Positions 11,726 to 24,303 of a stretch of 64,000 bases of DNA are shown here, one piece after another. Made by a program: the position numbers and the translations under genes. Origin of the DNA: Amoebophrya sp. A120. Lineage: Eukaryota; Protista; Dinoflagellata. How positions within the stretch are numbered: the first letter of the stretch is position 1; every line of letters begins with the position of its first letter. The stretch is from NCBI GenBank assembly GCA_905178155.1, contig CAJINV010000002.1:270354-334353 (forward strand), given 5' to 3'. A model generated the notes under the pieces. The model worked only from the letters and a program-made list of their open reading frames with translations. It made no database searches and had not been told where the DNA came from.

Positions 11726-12128
11726 TTTGAGACGTTTGTGCGTTTCTTACGATGATGCTTCTTATGGTGCAGAAGCGAAATAAAGTTGCAGTGTGTGTGA
11801 GCGTTGGGGTGCAGTGTAGGTCTAAATGTGTCTTACTTCGGTAAAAATTGGTCGCAGTTCAAGAGAGGCACAGATGCGTAAGAACGGTCTGACTATAATT
11901 CTTCTACTAGGGCTCTTGGCGAGGCTTAGGCTGAGCGTTTTATTTTTTCATCGTGCAACTTTTGTATCTTTGTGGTCTTTGGATCTTAAAGCTTTTGGAT
12001 TGTGTTCCTACTGATTCAAGTTGTCAATAAAATTGCAGCTTCTACACTAGTCTATCCTTCACGGGGTCGCTGTCGTGATAGTGAACTGCTCAGCGGGCCC
12101 CCCCCGGAGGGGTTGGTATATTAAGGAC

Positions 12129-12142
12129 CTTGAGCCAAAATG
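12129..12142 (-). other. Dinoflagellate spliced-leader (DinoSL) relic CATTTTGGCTCAAG
   Basis: 14-nt exact match to the 3' end of DCCGTAGCCATTTTGGCTCAAG, located at the LINE 5' junction. Confidence 0.9.
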
Positions 12143-12213
12143 CAACAGCATTGAATATACAGAATACTTCGAGTGCTACATCTACATCTAATCGCCGGAT
12201 GATATCTGCTTTA

Positions 12214-12791
12214 TCACATACTTTCCGCACAGCCGGATGATGTCTGCTTCATCATATCTTCCCCTGCGCCGCTCTCAAACATGGAACGCCCAGCGCTGAG
12301 TCTCAGGACACGACAGCAGGGTTTGGCGGTGCCACATTTCATCGCCCAGTTTGTTCCATATCGCAAAAACGACGCTTGCACGAAGAAGCCCTTCGGTCTA
12401 CCTGCTACTGTAGCAGGCATCTAGAGGTGGATTCAGATGTAGTAAACCTACTAGGGCAGCCCCTTGCTGATGATGTACCCGGCTGCTCCTTGTTGATAAA
12501 AAGTTTGCGGAGTGGATCGCCATGCGATTTTCCGGCACGAACGGCGATTTTTTCCCAGCTCGACGGAACGCATTGCCATTCCTGTGGCCGGTTTTCCGGC
12601 ATGGCGAGAGACCCGCCGGGCTGGAGGCAGTTTTTGTAAATTGCCTGCGTAACGAGGTTGGTCATGAACTCGCTAAAAGGGGCATCCGCGTTGTAGTTGC
12701 AATACTCATCGATCACTGCATGATAGCCCTGCGGACCCGCGCCCCAACATGCAGTCTCCTGAATTTCGCGCTCAGTCGTGTCATCCGTCAA
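12214..12791 (-). pseudogene. Possible coding remnant, product unknown
   Basis: Two overlapping ORFs with protein-like composition; no motif recognised. Confidence 0.3.
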
Positions 12792-13009
12792 GGTCGAAAC
12801 GCGAATAGGCTATGCATTGCCACTACCGATCTGGGATAAAAAGGAGGAACTTCTGACGCTTGTCTGGCAAAAATAGTCCGGCAAATTCATCAATAATCTG
12901 TGTTCAACTTCAACGAGCAGCAACAGCGAAGTTTCGTATCAAACGGAAACGAAACGCAGTTTGTATATGCTTATGCGCGTATGTACATACGAAACGAGAA
13001 GGAGAAAGC

Positions 13010-13095
13010 GTTGCAAAAAAAATCTCATGCTTGGATGCACTTGGAAGCTCAGCATCAGAAGTTTCGTCCAGGCCCAGACCAATTTGCAATGCATA
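13010..13095. mobile_element. One-ended family B fragment
   Basis: tccaggcccagaccaatttgcaatgcata terminus only. Confidence 0.6.
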
Positions 13096-13476
13096 TTGGC
13101 GAAGCGTCTTGATCTCGCAGACGTTTGAAGACTGCGATGTCCGCTAATCCCACCCCAGGTTCGCGAACTGGATGGGCGGCCGTTTCTTTGGACACGATGT
13201 AGGTCGGCTCGGGGCTATCACACAGAAAAACTCAAGCAAACCACATTCAAAGTTGATTTGTCATAATATAAATACTTTTGGATTTGGCGTCACTAAACGC
13301 CTACGGTTCGTCCGAGTGCAGCCCTAGATAGAAATTAATTTTTTATCACCGTTTGTATATGTAATCCCAATTTCATTTCCAACTCAGCGTCGTCTGCATC
13401 TCAACACAGGACAAAAGATTACCTCTCTGCTCGCTGACTCAGTTGCAAGAGCTGTTTTGCTTTTCATATTTCACTT

Positions 13477-14104
13477 TCAGTCGCGTTGAGCATGAGAAAT
13501 TTTTACTTTTTTGGTCATATGGGTTGTGGTGTGCTGGTGCTCTTCTCCTGAATCATAGAGGTTGTCGAAGACGGCAAGGGAAGGATCCTGAGCGAATTGC
13601 GCCGCATATGGACGTAGAAAATCCTCATAGTATACCCTGCCCGCGATACTGCCTGCGGTCGCGCAGAGCACCAAAACCTTGCGCTTCAGTTCCGGCAGAC
13701 GAGCGGAAGTAGTTGGGCCACTCACGGGGACCTCCGTCGTGGTAGAAGGCGGAAGTAGTGGTCCTCGCGCACCACGGCCTGGGCTCCTAGGGCCACTCGC
13801 TGTAGAGCCTTGTCCCCCACATCGTCGAGGACCCCGCGGCCCGTGAACATGATGAACGTCCGACGCGGAAGGTGCTGAGCCCTCGGGGGTGGATTCACGG
13901 GAACTTCCGCGAGATTGATGATGAACGCCCCCTGCTCCCTCCGATCGATCCTTGAGGAGGTAAAGCATAAAAGGCTTGACTGGCACCAGATAGACCAGCT
14001 GCGTCGACGACGGTATGCTTATAATTAACAACCACTTCGTGTAGCAGCATGGTGGAAAGCAAACCGCGGAAAACGAAACTCTTACTCCGGGGATGGAGCA
14101 CCAT
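13477..14104 (-). CDS. Hypothetical protein, possibly frameshifted
   Basis: ATG at 14104 (69-aa frame) overlaps a 184-aa low-complexity ORF in another frame. Confidence 0.35.
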
Positions 14105-15491
14105 TTTTGCCTCTGATCCGTGGATGTGGGTTGTAGACTTCAGATTTCTAAGGCTGCGCTGCGCCCAATGTGCTGAAGTAATGCTGTAAGTTTTTACTTC
14201 TCAACCTTAATACTCGTCCCAGTTCTCGTGGTCGGGGGCTCTGTCAAAAATAAAGCTGCTTGCTTTTTCAGTAGAATGAATATGAAAACACTGCCTTCGT
14301 AGTTTTGTGCACGGGAAAGATACTAGTCGAAGTTGTCCTTTGATGGAGCGACGCGATTCAAAACGGAAAAATGATGTGCGGAAGTTGGGGCTTTTACTGT
14401 TCAAAACTTATCCTCAAGGACGTTCGAGAACGGAGCCTGGTGGGTGGAAATGATGAAAATGAATCGGGAAAAAATATACGTATAAGATTACGTCAAGCAG
14501 AGCAACAGGCGTGGCACACATGATTCAAAACTTGCACTTGCACTACCGATACAAATCAGCCCCGTCTTTTTATTTCTTTTTACCTTCTTGAGGTTGACCT
14601 AGGAATAGCTCGACGTCCTTTGCCCCCTTGCGTTTCTTGAATTCGCAAAAGGAAGATGATTAGTTCGCCTGTTTTATTTTCCGAACCAACCACCTTCATC
14701 GCAAGGTAGAACGCGACCTCTGCCTTGCTGGAGGAGCAAATACCGACTGATTTCCGATCTGGATCTTCATCATACTTTAGACCGGCAGGTTGATCGATAT
14801 TAAAGCTACTTTTGTCTGGATTTCAAAGATCAGACCGAGTGACTGCTCTCACTTTGATTGATGTTGGTGCTGAGGCGACTTCTGCTTGGCTGATCTCGAT
14901 CTTGATCATTTCCAACGAAAAAAGTTATGTTCCATAGCACCGGTGGATCGCACGTCGAACTCGAAGTACAACATCCGAATGCTGCAAAAATGAGAAGTCG
15001 TGAAGCGACTACACGACGCCCACAAACAGCTGATCAAGTAGAAGCAGGCAACTTTGTGTGCTAAGAGACCTCTCCTCTTGATCTTGTTCCTTCAGAAAAA
15101 TTGTACCTTTTACTTCATCTGCTCTGCTGTATTCTCAAGAAAGACAATGTTGCGCATCGGCATTGGAGATGGTATTCCAAATTTTTACTTTCGCAGAAGA
15201 GGTTGCAGGAGATTGCTCTTCCCACCGGCTTTTACCGGTGCCCGAGCCCGCCTGTTCTTTGGAATTAGTAGGTGAAGAAGCAGTGTCGAATTAGGTGGTA
15301 AATTGAATCGCGAGCCCGCACGAGTAGAATCGCGTCAGCTCCTGCGCCATGTTGTAACTATCGCTGCGCCGGTGGTCCGCTTGCGGCTCGTAGGTACTAC
15401 AGTACAAGAATTGGTTAGTACTTATTCGGCTCACAGTTATTTTCGTGTACTTACAGCATGTAGAAGACACGACCGCGGCGAAACTTCATCT

Positions 15492-18400
15492 TCATTGCAA
15501 AACTTCAACACCATAGTCCACCACGTCCCCCACAGAGAACCCGGTCTCCTCCGTATCCTATGTAAAAACGTCCCCACCCCATAGTCACGATGGGGAATCG
15601 GCTAGACAAGTCCACAAGTTTTGGCTGTTTTGCATGACAAATTTGGACTCGGAGTGTAGTGCCGTTTCTTTGAGGTAGTTCAGCAGCATCACAGATCTAG
15701 TATTCATATCATGCTGATTGGCGCATTATAAATTCCAAAACACGTCCAGAGAATGCTTCTCATGGGGCTCCGCATGACAAACATTTAGAGCATGCAGATT
15801 TGCATGACAACGCTGGGGTGCGGACGTTTTTACACAGGATACTCCGCAAACCTGGGATCCGGCTTCGTCGACAGAAAACGCAGCCGGTCCGGCCGGAGTA
15901 TTGCGAATTCTGATTTACGTTGGGCGGCGGCACTTCTTCTTGGGGACTGCTTCTGTTCTTGTGGTCCTTGTTGATGAAAAGGTTGTGAAGCAGGGTCGTG
16001 ACGACCACCTTCTGGTTCTGTCCGCCCCACTTCTTGATCCTGCTCTGGGGACCAGTTGTTGCTACGTCCAGCAGGTTATGAACTTCAAAATCATCGCACT
16101 AGGACTAGTTTAAATTGCAATACAAATTAGCTCAGCGTGAGAAATAAACTTTGTAATGCGGATCTACCTTAAAAAAAGATTTTTATATGCGTAAAAGCAA
16201 TTAGCACAAGTACGATACTTTTGCACAGGATACAGGAGACACAGGTGAAGAGAAGGTCCTCATTATTGTTGACAAGCCTGCCAGCACTTCCCTATCCCCG
16301 CTGGCTCTTTCGTCTTGACACGGCTCCTGCTCGAGAATAATGGTAGTCCCGAACGTATCCTGAGTAAAAACGTACCCACACCAGAGTCAGGATGAGGATT
16401 TTGCAACACAAACCTAGGAGTTTTGTGAGTCACGCATGACATAAACAGACTGCGCTACTGCGGGCGGGACATTGTGTATCAGGTGAATTGATCAACCCGA
16501 AGACGCCGCCCCCCCCGGGCCCTATGGACCAGGCACTCCCCACTATACTCCTCACACAAAACGCCACCAATACAACTGTAGGACATAGCCAACCACCCCG
16601 GAGCACCAGCACCAGCAACGGGGGCGGAAACGGCCCCACCCACTTCACATTCCTATCTGTGAGTCACGCATGACAAGTTGCACTATGCAGCTTAGTGCAG
16701 GTTAGCAAGTGCAGCCGCGTCACAGATTCATCTGCTCATCCTGTTCACAGCATCACAAATTCCAAAACACGATTGGAAATGGGTCTCATGGGGATGCGCA
16801 TTACAAGTCTTCCTGTCTTTGCGAATCTGCATTACAACTCTGGTGTGGGTACGTTTTTACTCAGGATAGAACGAGTCGCTGTCTGTTCCTGTTGTCGGAG
16901 GCACAGCATGATCTCCTTGGTGCTGTACTACAGATCCGGCTGCACGAGGAGCCGCAGAAGATGACGAAGTAAAAGCGGCTCCTGCAGTACTACCGCTACT
17001 TGCTTGCTCTGGTGCCGCTCTACTAACTGCCAAGTCGGTTGTTCTCGAAGTCGGGAAACAAACATCTTCCAATGGAGTGGCGAAATAACTGTTAGCTGTG
17101 CTGTAGAAAACGCTCGGAACAGAGAATGCTGTCGTGCTCTGCTCTTGCCGTCCTCCTTGCTCTGCAGTTAGTAAATTTTCTCCTCTCTTCTGCAGAAAAT
17201 CGTGCGCTTCGTGAAGAGGACCGGCGGAATTTGATGCACTATGTTGGCCAAATCTAGTAGTAGTACAACTCCGGTCCTCCCCCATATAATCTGTCCACTG
17301 GTACACCGCCGTTGCCGAAGCCGGGGGCGTGCGTAAAGGAGAACCAGCTTGATGATCATCCTCGGGGGCACTACTTGGAGGTGCCGCAACGGCAACACCT
17401 CGTCCCACTGGCCCCTGCGATGAACAAGGGAACGAGAAGACACAACCTTCTTGCCCTGGTGCTGTTGACGGTGCTGTAGTAGGATGGGCAAAAACTTCTG
17501 TAGTACTTCCGTCTACCGCCACGGCTGGCTGTTCGTGCTGGTTCAAAAATAGCTCTTGCGCGTAGAAGAAGTTGCTCTGCGGGTCGTGTGCCGGGCGCGC
17601 TTCTTGTTGTGTGTCACAATGATGCCAAAAAGTTTCAGAAGGTTGCGGCATCACATATGGCCTGCTCAAAAGTTACAATCTCAAATGTTACAATAGAGCC
17701 TGGGTTTTGTGCTGCATGATGAGCATAACAGACGCGCACGGCGTTCCACGTTTTGCAATACAAATTTCGCCAGATTCTAGTGCGGATTGGGGCTCCAGAG
17801 CTTGTCATGCGCAATCCTGTGGGAGCAGTAGAGTAGATCATGCACTTCTTGCATCACAGATTTTCATATTCTGTTGTAACGTTTGAGATTGTAACAGCTG
17901 AGCAGGTCATATTACAACGCCGCCCACGGGAAGACAGGCAACGCTCCCCGCCGGGAAAAGTGCAAAATTGTTACAGCTGTACGTCGCAAGAGGAAGAGCG
18001 GCAGTGGCTCCAGGTGCAGCTGCGATTGTGCTTCTTGCTCCGATCATTCTTGGGTCGCTGGAGGTGCACTGGAAGTAGTCCGCAGCCGCAGCTGGTTGGT
18101 GTAGAAATCTGTTTGCACAACCGCGCTCCTGTGCTGACGTAATATTAGTCGATGAATCATTGCACTGAAAATACTGCGGAAGTGGTGGGTTTCTGCGGTC
18201 GCCCGTCCGAGGAGCTTGCTGTCGTGCGGTGTTGCGGTTGTGATAGGGCCTTTGAGGTGGGGTTGTTGCGTGTTTTCTAGACTGCGGATGATGGTTTTTC
18301 CACTGTCGCGGACCGGTGGAGTAGGCATGCCAATCTGGTGGAACTGGATCCGCTGGTGGCACTTCGGAAATAGACCGGGGATGCGTAGTTATAGTTTGTT

Positions 18401-19595
18401 GGAACGAAGAGGCCCTGTTCACCATCGCAGGGGCGCGAGTACCACCCCACCCGCCACAATTGGAGGACGACGACGTAGCAGCACGACTCCTCTGTGGCCC
18501 GTTGCCCTTGTTGTAGGTCCAGCTTTTCGACGCTTTGTGGCTGCTCCTCTGTACAAGTTCGCCGCCAGCGCAGCTGTAGTTCTGCTCCTCGTAATCTTTG
18601 CCGCAACCGCTAGTGGGCGACGTCCAACGGCATTGCTGCTTCCATGATTCCTCTGCACGCTGTGGGGGTTCTATTGGTGTTTTCCTTCGCGGGCTTAATA
18701 TTGCTCGAACCTCTTCCTCATCATGCTCTGGAGACAGCTCGTCCTCGTTCACTTTTACCTTCCGGGAAGACGGCCATCGGGAGGACGTGGCCCCGTCACA
18801 AGGACTGTGCTGGTTGCTGTAACTACTGTCTTGCCTGTTGTAGTTCCAGGCCTCTTTCGCACGCCGACGACGGACTGGATTTTTGCGTTGGTGCTGCTCC
18901 TGCTGCTCACGAGGGCCATAATTTCCTGTGTCGTCTGCCGAGTTATTAGCTTCATCATGCGAGACTAGGAGCGACTGCGATCCGGTTTTGGAGGGGTGAG
19001 CGGCCCCAGGTAGATGCAGCTGGTCTTGAATGGGATTTCCGTTTTCACCTCCCGGGGGCACATAGTAATCTTCAAGTCCTCCGGCAACATGAAGATGGCC
19101 CTCCTCTGCCTCTTCCACGTCGGCTCCAGCACCTGACTGGTGTTCTACCACGTCAACCAACTCGTCGCTCCAGCGCGGGCGGCGACTGGAAAGGACGCGG
19201 TGCTTCGGCGCCAAACCCCGCGACAGCGAGGGGGAAGCGGAACTACCAGCGAGGTGCTGCTCTTTGACGAGTCCTTCCGGATGAAGGTAGTGGTCCTCTG
19301 CGGAATGAGCTGCTTCTTTCGTGACCGATTCAACCTCTGCACCTAAATTCGCCTCATCTTTGTCCGCAGTTGTAGTACTGGGAGCTGCTGGGGAATTTGC
19401 TGCAGCTGTGCCTCCACAACTTGCGGCGCGCAAGACTGAAGATTTTCCGGTAGTAGACAAAAATAAAAACGTCGCCGTCCAGCATCTGACAAAAATGATC
19501 ACTGCTCCACACCGAATGGACACGCGGGGCCGGACAGTAGGCTGGGTGCGATTTCGATTGAAAGACCTCAACGGTGAGAAGAATGTAGATGCCAT
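15492..19595 (-). CDS. Hypothetical ~956-aa low-complexity protein with hydrophobic leader; 4 introner introns
   Basis: Exons 19595-17912, 17650-16869, 16350-16233, 16071-15842, 15548-15492 total 2871 nt and are open throughout. Confidence 0.82.
15554..15841. mobile_element. TIR introner, family A
   Basis: TSD ctccg. Confidence 0.95.
16077..16232. mobile_element. TIR introner, family C
   Basis: Direct repeat caggt/cagga. Confidence 0.88.
16356..16868. mobile_element. TIR introner, family A, with nested insertion 16442-16657
   Basis: TSD gaacg; internal 18-bp duplication tgtgagtcacgcatgaca. Confidence 0.93.
17656..17911. mobile_element. TIR introner, family E-like
   Basis: tatggcctgctcaaaagttacaatctcaaa / tttgagattgtaacagctgagcaggtcata; direct repeat tcaca/ttaca. 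Confidence 0.92.
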
Positions 19596-20307
19596 TGTGT
19601 GTCTGGTGTTACGAGCTTGATGGGTGGTTTGAACAGGAGAATGAGTTGTTGTGAACGTAGGCAGCTTGAAGAAACGTGCTGCTACGGATGCAATAAGTAC
19701 GGATCAACAAACGGCAACGTTCAGCGACGAGAAAATTGCATGTGCAAGACGGGCAAGGGTAGCACAGCGCCAAGTCTATGTCCGGTCGTGCTTGATGTGT
19801 ACGAATCACCCATCTGCAACAAAAAAACAAAAAAGGATCGCCTGTTCATCATTTTAAACGCGAGTCAAAGTGCACGCCAACGCGAAAATGTCAAGCATAA
19901 CCGCTGCTACATAACGCCAGACCAGGTCACCACAGTGCTGTTCTAGTGGTCTTCTGTGGCGTTGCCAGTGGCGGTCCTGCGGATCTCGTGTTTTGGTCTT
20001 TGCACACAATAGGAACAATATCCCAATAAAGAGCACGGATTTAATATTTCCAGCTCTCATGAAAGGCAGCTTGATGCCGGAGAATCATATCAAGGACAAA
20101 GACGATTCTTCCAAGTGCAATTTCACATGTGGTGCAGTTACTATGCACTTTTCGTCGCTCTGCACCTGGGAAAGAGATTGTTGCTCATCATCAGACAGCG
20201 AATGAAGTCAAAAGCAGGTTACTCTTCATCTCACAGCCGAAGCTGTGATGCAGAAAAGAGAGAGAGTGCTAAATTTTCTTCATTTGGGCGAGAAAAAGTT
20301 GTTTAGG

Positions 20308-20429
20308 TGTCACTACGTACCATATCGATCTCCCTTCAGAGGTATAGGAGGTACGAGTCTCAAAAAAAAAAGTCTAGCTGTCACTACGTACCATATCGAT
20401 CTCCGTTCAGAGGTAGAGGAAGTACGAGT
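20308..20429. repeat. ~71-bp tandem duplication
   Basis: tgtcactacgtaccatatcgatctcc occurs twice. Confidence 0.85.
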
Positions 20430-21265
20430 TCCAGACGACGAAAGTAACGCTCAAAACGCTCCCTGTGTGTGGTTGTAACAAAATCGTACCGAAAAGTGTT
20501 GTTGCAGACAAATGTGACGGCAAGGACAAATCGCTTTTAAGCCACCAGCACACCGAAGTTCCCTCGGAAATGTGAGCCGCACACAACATGACAATACCAA
20601 CGACAATTTTGGGGGATGTACGTAACTTCTCTATGCTGCAGCTCACACAAGACCGAATCTGAATCCCATGATCTGGACAAATACTATAGCATCACATGTT
20701 GCGAGTCAGCAGGGTTTAATACGCGCTCCGCCGAACAACCTCGTCCGAATGTGCGTCACAGCTCAACACACCACGTGTGAGGGAGGGCGGCACACTACCC
20801 GAAGCACTTTTTTTTTCTTGCTTTCCTGGCGGAAACTGAATCTAAATCACACGGCACAGCTTGTTGCTCAACATTGTCTCACGAAGAGTTCAACATTTAG
20901 GCACACAAATCCTTCACTCTCGCTGTCACAACAACTGCTCGGGGAGGAATGATACGACAGGACCATATCTTCTACCCCCAGGGACCAGTACATGTACAGG
21001 TAAAGAATGCGGCTTGCAAAAATCTAAATCTGCTCTCTCGAAGATGATGTCGTTGTGTTTAGTTAGCGCAGGTAGGAATTATGGTAACAGAGGTATAAAT
21101 ATTTTTCGCGAAAAAAAAGGCACAATTCTCAGCTCTGTCCCATCCTATACTTCTACCTTGTATTAAACCGATGTGATTGTTTAGTTCCAGATCAAATTTC
21201 AATCTATACTTTACGAATCCACACGACACAGAAGTTTCACCAACAGCAATTCCAAAGTGACTGAC

Positions 21266-22274
21266 TTAGAAGCGCAGCTTCTTCTTCAGGAACAACACCG
21301 CGGATTTGCCGGAGCCGGACTTGTCGACGGCGATGGAGGAGGTCGGGTTCTGGAATTTCTCCTTGAACATACCGGACAAGGTCTTCTTGGCCTCGGTGCG
21401 GCCATCGGCGTTCTCCATCTGGGCGTCAGTGACCAAGCCCTTGGCGTCCATGTCACCCGGGATCGAGTAACGGGTCGGCATCAGGTGGGTGTAGTTGACG
21501 TACTTCACGAAGGGCTTGACGCGGAGGCTGCGTTTTGATATTGCGAGTGAGTTTTGGGGATATTTTGATGTGGTTGCGGTGCCGGTGCATCACAAACACT
21601 AGCACAAATGCTGTTATAGCGCAACAAATAGCATAATGCCGTTATGTACGACAAGACCTTGTCTTCACAGAGACATAATGTAGGAGATGTCGCTTTTCTC
21701 ATGTACGAGGTACTATAATCTGTCCCGCTCTACATGAAGTCGAAACGCTTCATCCTGTAAAACCAATCTAAATCTAAATTCTCATGGCAGGAACTCTCTC
21801 GACCACTCGACCTAAACATAGGTGTCAATACAGCTCCTTCTATTTATATGATCATCCTCAAGCGTCACACTGTCCACCTCAGAGGATGGCAACAATATGC
21901 TCTTTCTAATGCTAAAATGCTACATTCGTGAATCAAAAAATCAAAATTACGCATTGCAAAAGCACCGCACTCGTAGAAATACATTACAAATTCCCTCACC
22001 ATGAGAAAGAAAATTTGTAATGCGGATTTACCCTATAGCAAAAAATTTGTAATGCAAGACTGCAAGAATAAACTCTATACCGCTTCATCTGCTTTTTCTT
22101 GCTCATGGAAGTGGTGATCTTGAGCGGCGCCTTCTCGATACCCGCAACCAGGCAGTGGCCGAAAGCGCGGGACTTGGAACCCTCGTCGAAGGTCTTGACG
22201 CAGACCGCCTTCTTCCCCGCCATGCGACCGGAGGTGATGATGACAATACGTCCGGCTTTCAGGAATTTGCCCAT
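21266..22274 (-). CDS. RPL27: 60S ribosomal protein L27 (eL27), 151 aa, one GT-AG intron 22080-21528
   Basis: MGKFLKAGRIVIITSGRMAGKKAV...RVKPFVKYVNYTHLMPTRY...FLKKKLRF; exons 22274-22081 and 21527-21266. Confidence 0.97.
21948..22079. mobile_element. Family C relic inside the RPL27 intron
   Basis: cattacaaattccctcaccatgagaaagaaaatttgtaatgcggattt core. Confidence 0.85.
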
Positions 22275-23036
22275 TTTTTTGTGTGGTTTCTGTGTGATTC
22301 GATAAAGTACGGAAATTAGAAATTCCGTTCTATTCGCCAGGTAAAACTCTGGGTCCCTGTGAGAGGTGGTTTGAAGGAGAATTTCGAAATTGACGTTGGG
22401 ATACGGAATTTGCTTTGTCAAAATTTAAAGATCGGATTTGAAATGCGGATCATTTTCGATAGTACAACAACTCATGCAGCAGAACTGAACATTTTTTCAA
22501 GCCTTCCAGATTTAGGATGATCCCTTGGAGGATTATACTGGTCGAGGGCGGACCTAAAATTTCTGGAGGAGTGTGGAATTTCCCTAATTATGTCGTGTGA
22601 TCTGGAACTCTTTCATCTCTACGGCCAAAGATGTTGCTTTGTCCAATATTTTCACTTCTAAAGAGCCGAAATTTAAAAATCTTGTTTGTCAACGTCAAGC
22701 GAAGCACTACTTGATGTTTCATGATCCATGTTTCGATTTATTCTTTGCTGCCATTTAGAGTCTGGAACTGGATCTACGCTATAGTGCTGCGCATGTGCTT
22801 GCGCTCCAGAACCAGGTCGAATCGGTGAATTGTTCAAAATGCTCCGAGATCCGTAGAAGTGCTCAGATTCAGAAAGGAACTGTCGCTAGATCGCGCACCT
22901 TGTTGCACAGCCACTTTTTTTGAGGCGCACTTCCGATAGGACGCACAATGGCGACCAAAGTTCTACTTTAGATTCGCGCGACATGGATGATCACAAGAAC
23001 CTCTCTAGCTCCGAAGTACTGAAGACATAGCAGAAA

Positions 23037-24115
23037 GTGTCCGATCAAACAGGTCAACAGATGCTGTCTTGGTGAAACAGCAAGACAAAAAAACATCCGG
23101 TGGTTTTTCTGAGCTGCATTTTGTTGTAGCAAATCCGTCATCAATTCAGAGGCCTATGATTTTGCAAAAAAGGCGGACCAAACAGTTCACGGTGCGCAGG
23201 GGAATGTCAATGTAGTTTGTTCTTGATCAACATGACAAAATCCCTTCCCCAAGCGAGTTGTACAAGGCAACGTGTCCGCTCAGACAGGTCAACAGATGCT
23301 GTCTTGGTGAAACAGCAAGACAAAAAGGCACCCGTTGGTTTTTCTGAGCTACTTTTTGTTGTAGCATTGTTCCGTCATCAATTCAGAGGCCTATGGTTTT
23401 GTAAAAAAGGCGGACCAAACAGTTCACGGTGCGCAAGGAGATGTTTGCTCTTGATCAACATGACAAAATCCCTTCCCCAAGCGAGTTTATGCAAAACAAA
23501 CTGTCCGCTCAGACAGGTCAACAGAAGCTGTCATGCTGAAATTCTGCAAGACAAAAAGACACCCGTTGGTTTTTCTGAGCTGCTTTTTGTTGTAGCATTA
23601 TTCCGTCATCAATTCAGAGGCCTATGATTTTGCAAAAAAGGCGGACCAAACAGTTCACGGTGCGCAAGGACATGTTTGTTCTTGATCAGCATGACAAAAT
23701 CCCTTCCCCAAGCGAGTTTATACAAGACAAACTGTCCGCTCAGACAGGTCAACAGATGCTGTCTTGCTGGAAACAGCATGACAAAGCGGCACCCGTTGGT
23801 TCTTCTGAGTTTTTCGTTGTAGCAAATCCGTCATCAATTCAGAGGCCTATGATTTTGTAAAAAAGGCGGTCCAAACAGTTCACGGTGAGCATGGGAATGT
23901 TTGTTCTTGATCAACATGACAAAATCCCTTCCCCAAGCGAGTTGTACAAGGCGAAGTGTCTGCTCAGACAGGTCAACAGATGCTGTCTTGCTGAAACAGC
24001 AAGACAAAAAGGCACCCGTTGGTTTTTCTGAGCTGCTTTTTGTTGTAGCAAATCCGTCATCAATTCAGAAGCCTATGAGGAATGATCAAGGCGGTCCAAA
24101 CAGTTCACGGTGCGT
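23037..24115. repeat. ~230-bp tandem satellite, about 4.7 copies
   Basis: gtccgctcagacaggtcaacagatgctgtc recurs at ~23038, 23274, 23503, 23733, 23957. Confidence 0.95.
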
Positions 24116-24303
24116 AGAAGAAATTTGTTTCCGGCAAGTACTAGATCTGGATAAACAACAGATTTGTTTCCTGCAACCACATATGCTTCTCCTTTCTTGT
24201 TGTGCTTTAGATGAGGGCGCGATCGGAGAAAAAAAATTTATCATCGCGGCGCACGAAATTCGCAAGCAGTTCCTGTTGTTAATACCGAAGTATCTTCTGT
24301 GAT

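Larger units (their letters stand above)
5754..12140 (-). mobile_element. Full-length non-LTR retrotransposon (APE-RT, RTE-like C-terminus), two ORFs
   Basis: 12-bp TSD tgcaacagcatt (5742-5753, 12141-12152); (TAG)n 3' tail at 5754-5774; ORF1 plus APE/RT ORF2. Confidence 0.95.

Noticed and set aside
6650-11783. Long plus-strand ORFs (6650-7786, 10548-11783)
   Set aside because: They are antisense shadows of the GC-rich LINE ORFs.
12050-12128. HDV-like or hammerhead ribozyme at the LINE 5' end
   Set aside because: Some GC pairing is possible, but I could not fit the conserved cores by eye; it needs a covariance-model search.
21528-21947. Intronic snoRNA in RPL27
   Set aside because: No convincing box C/D pair in the right order on the sense strand.
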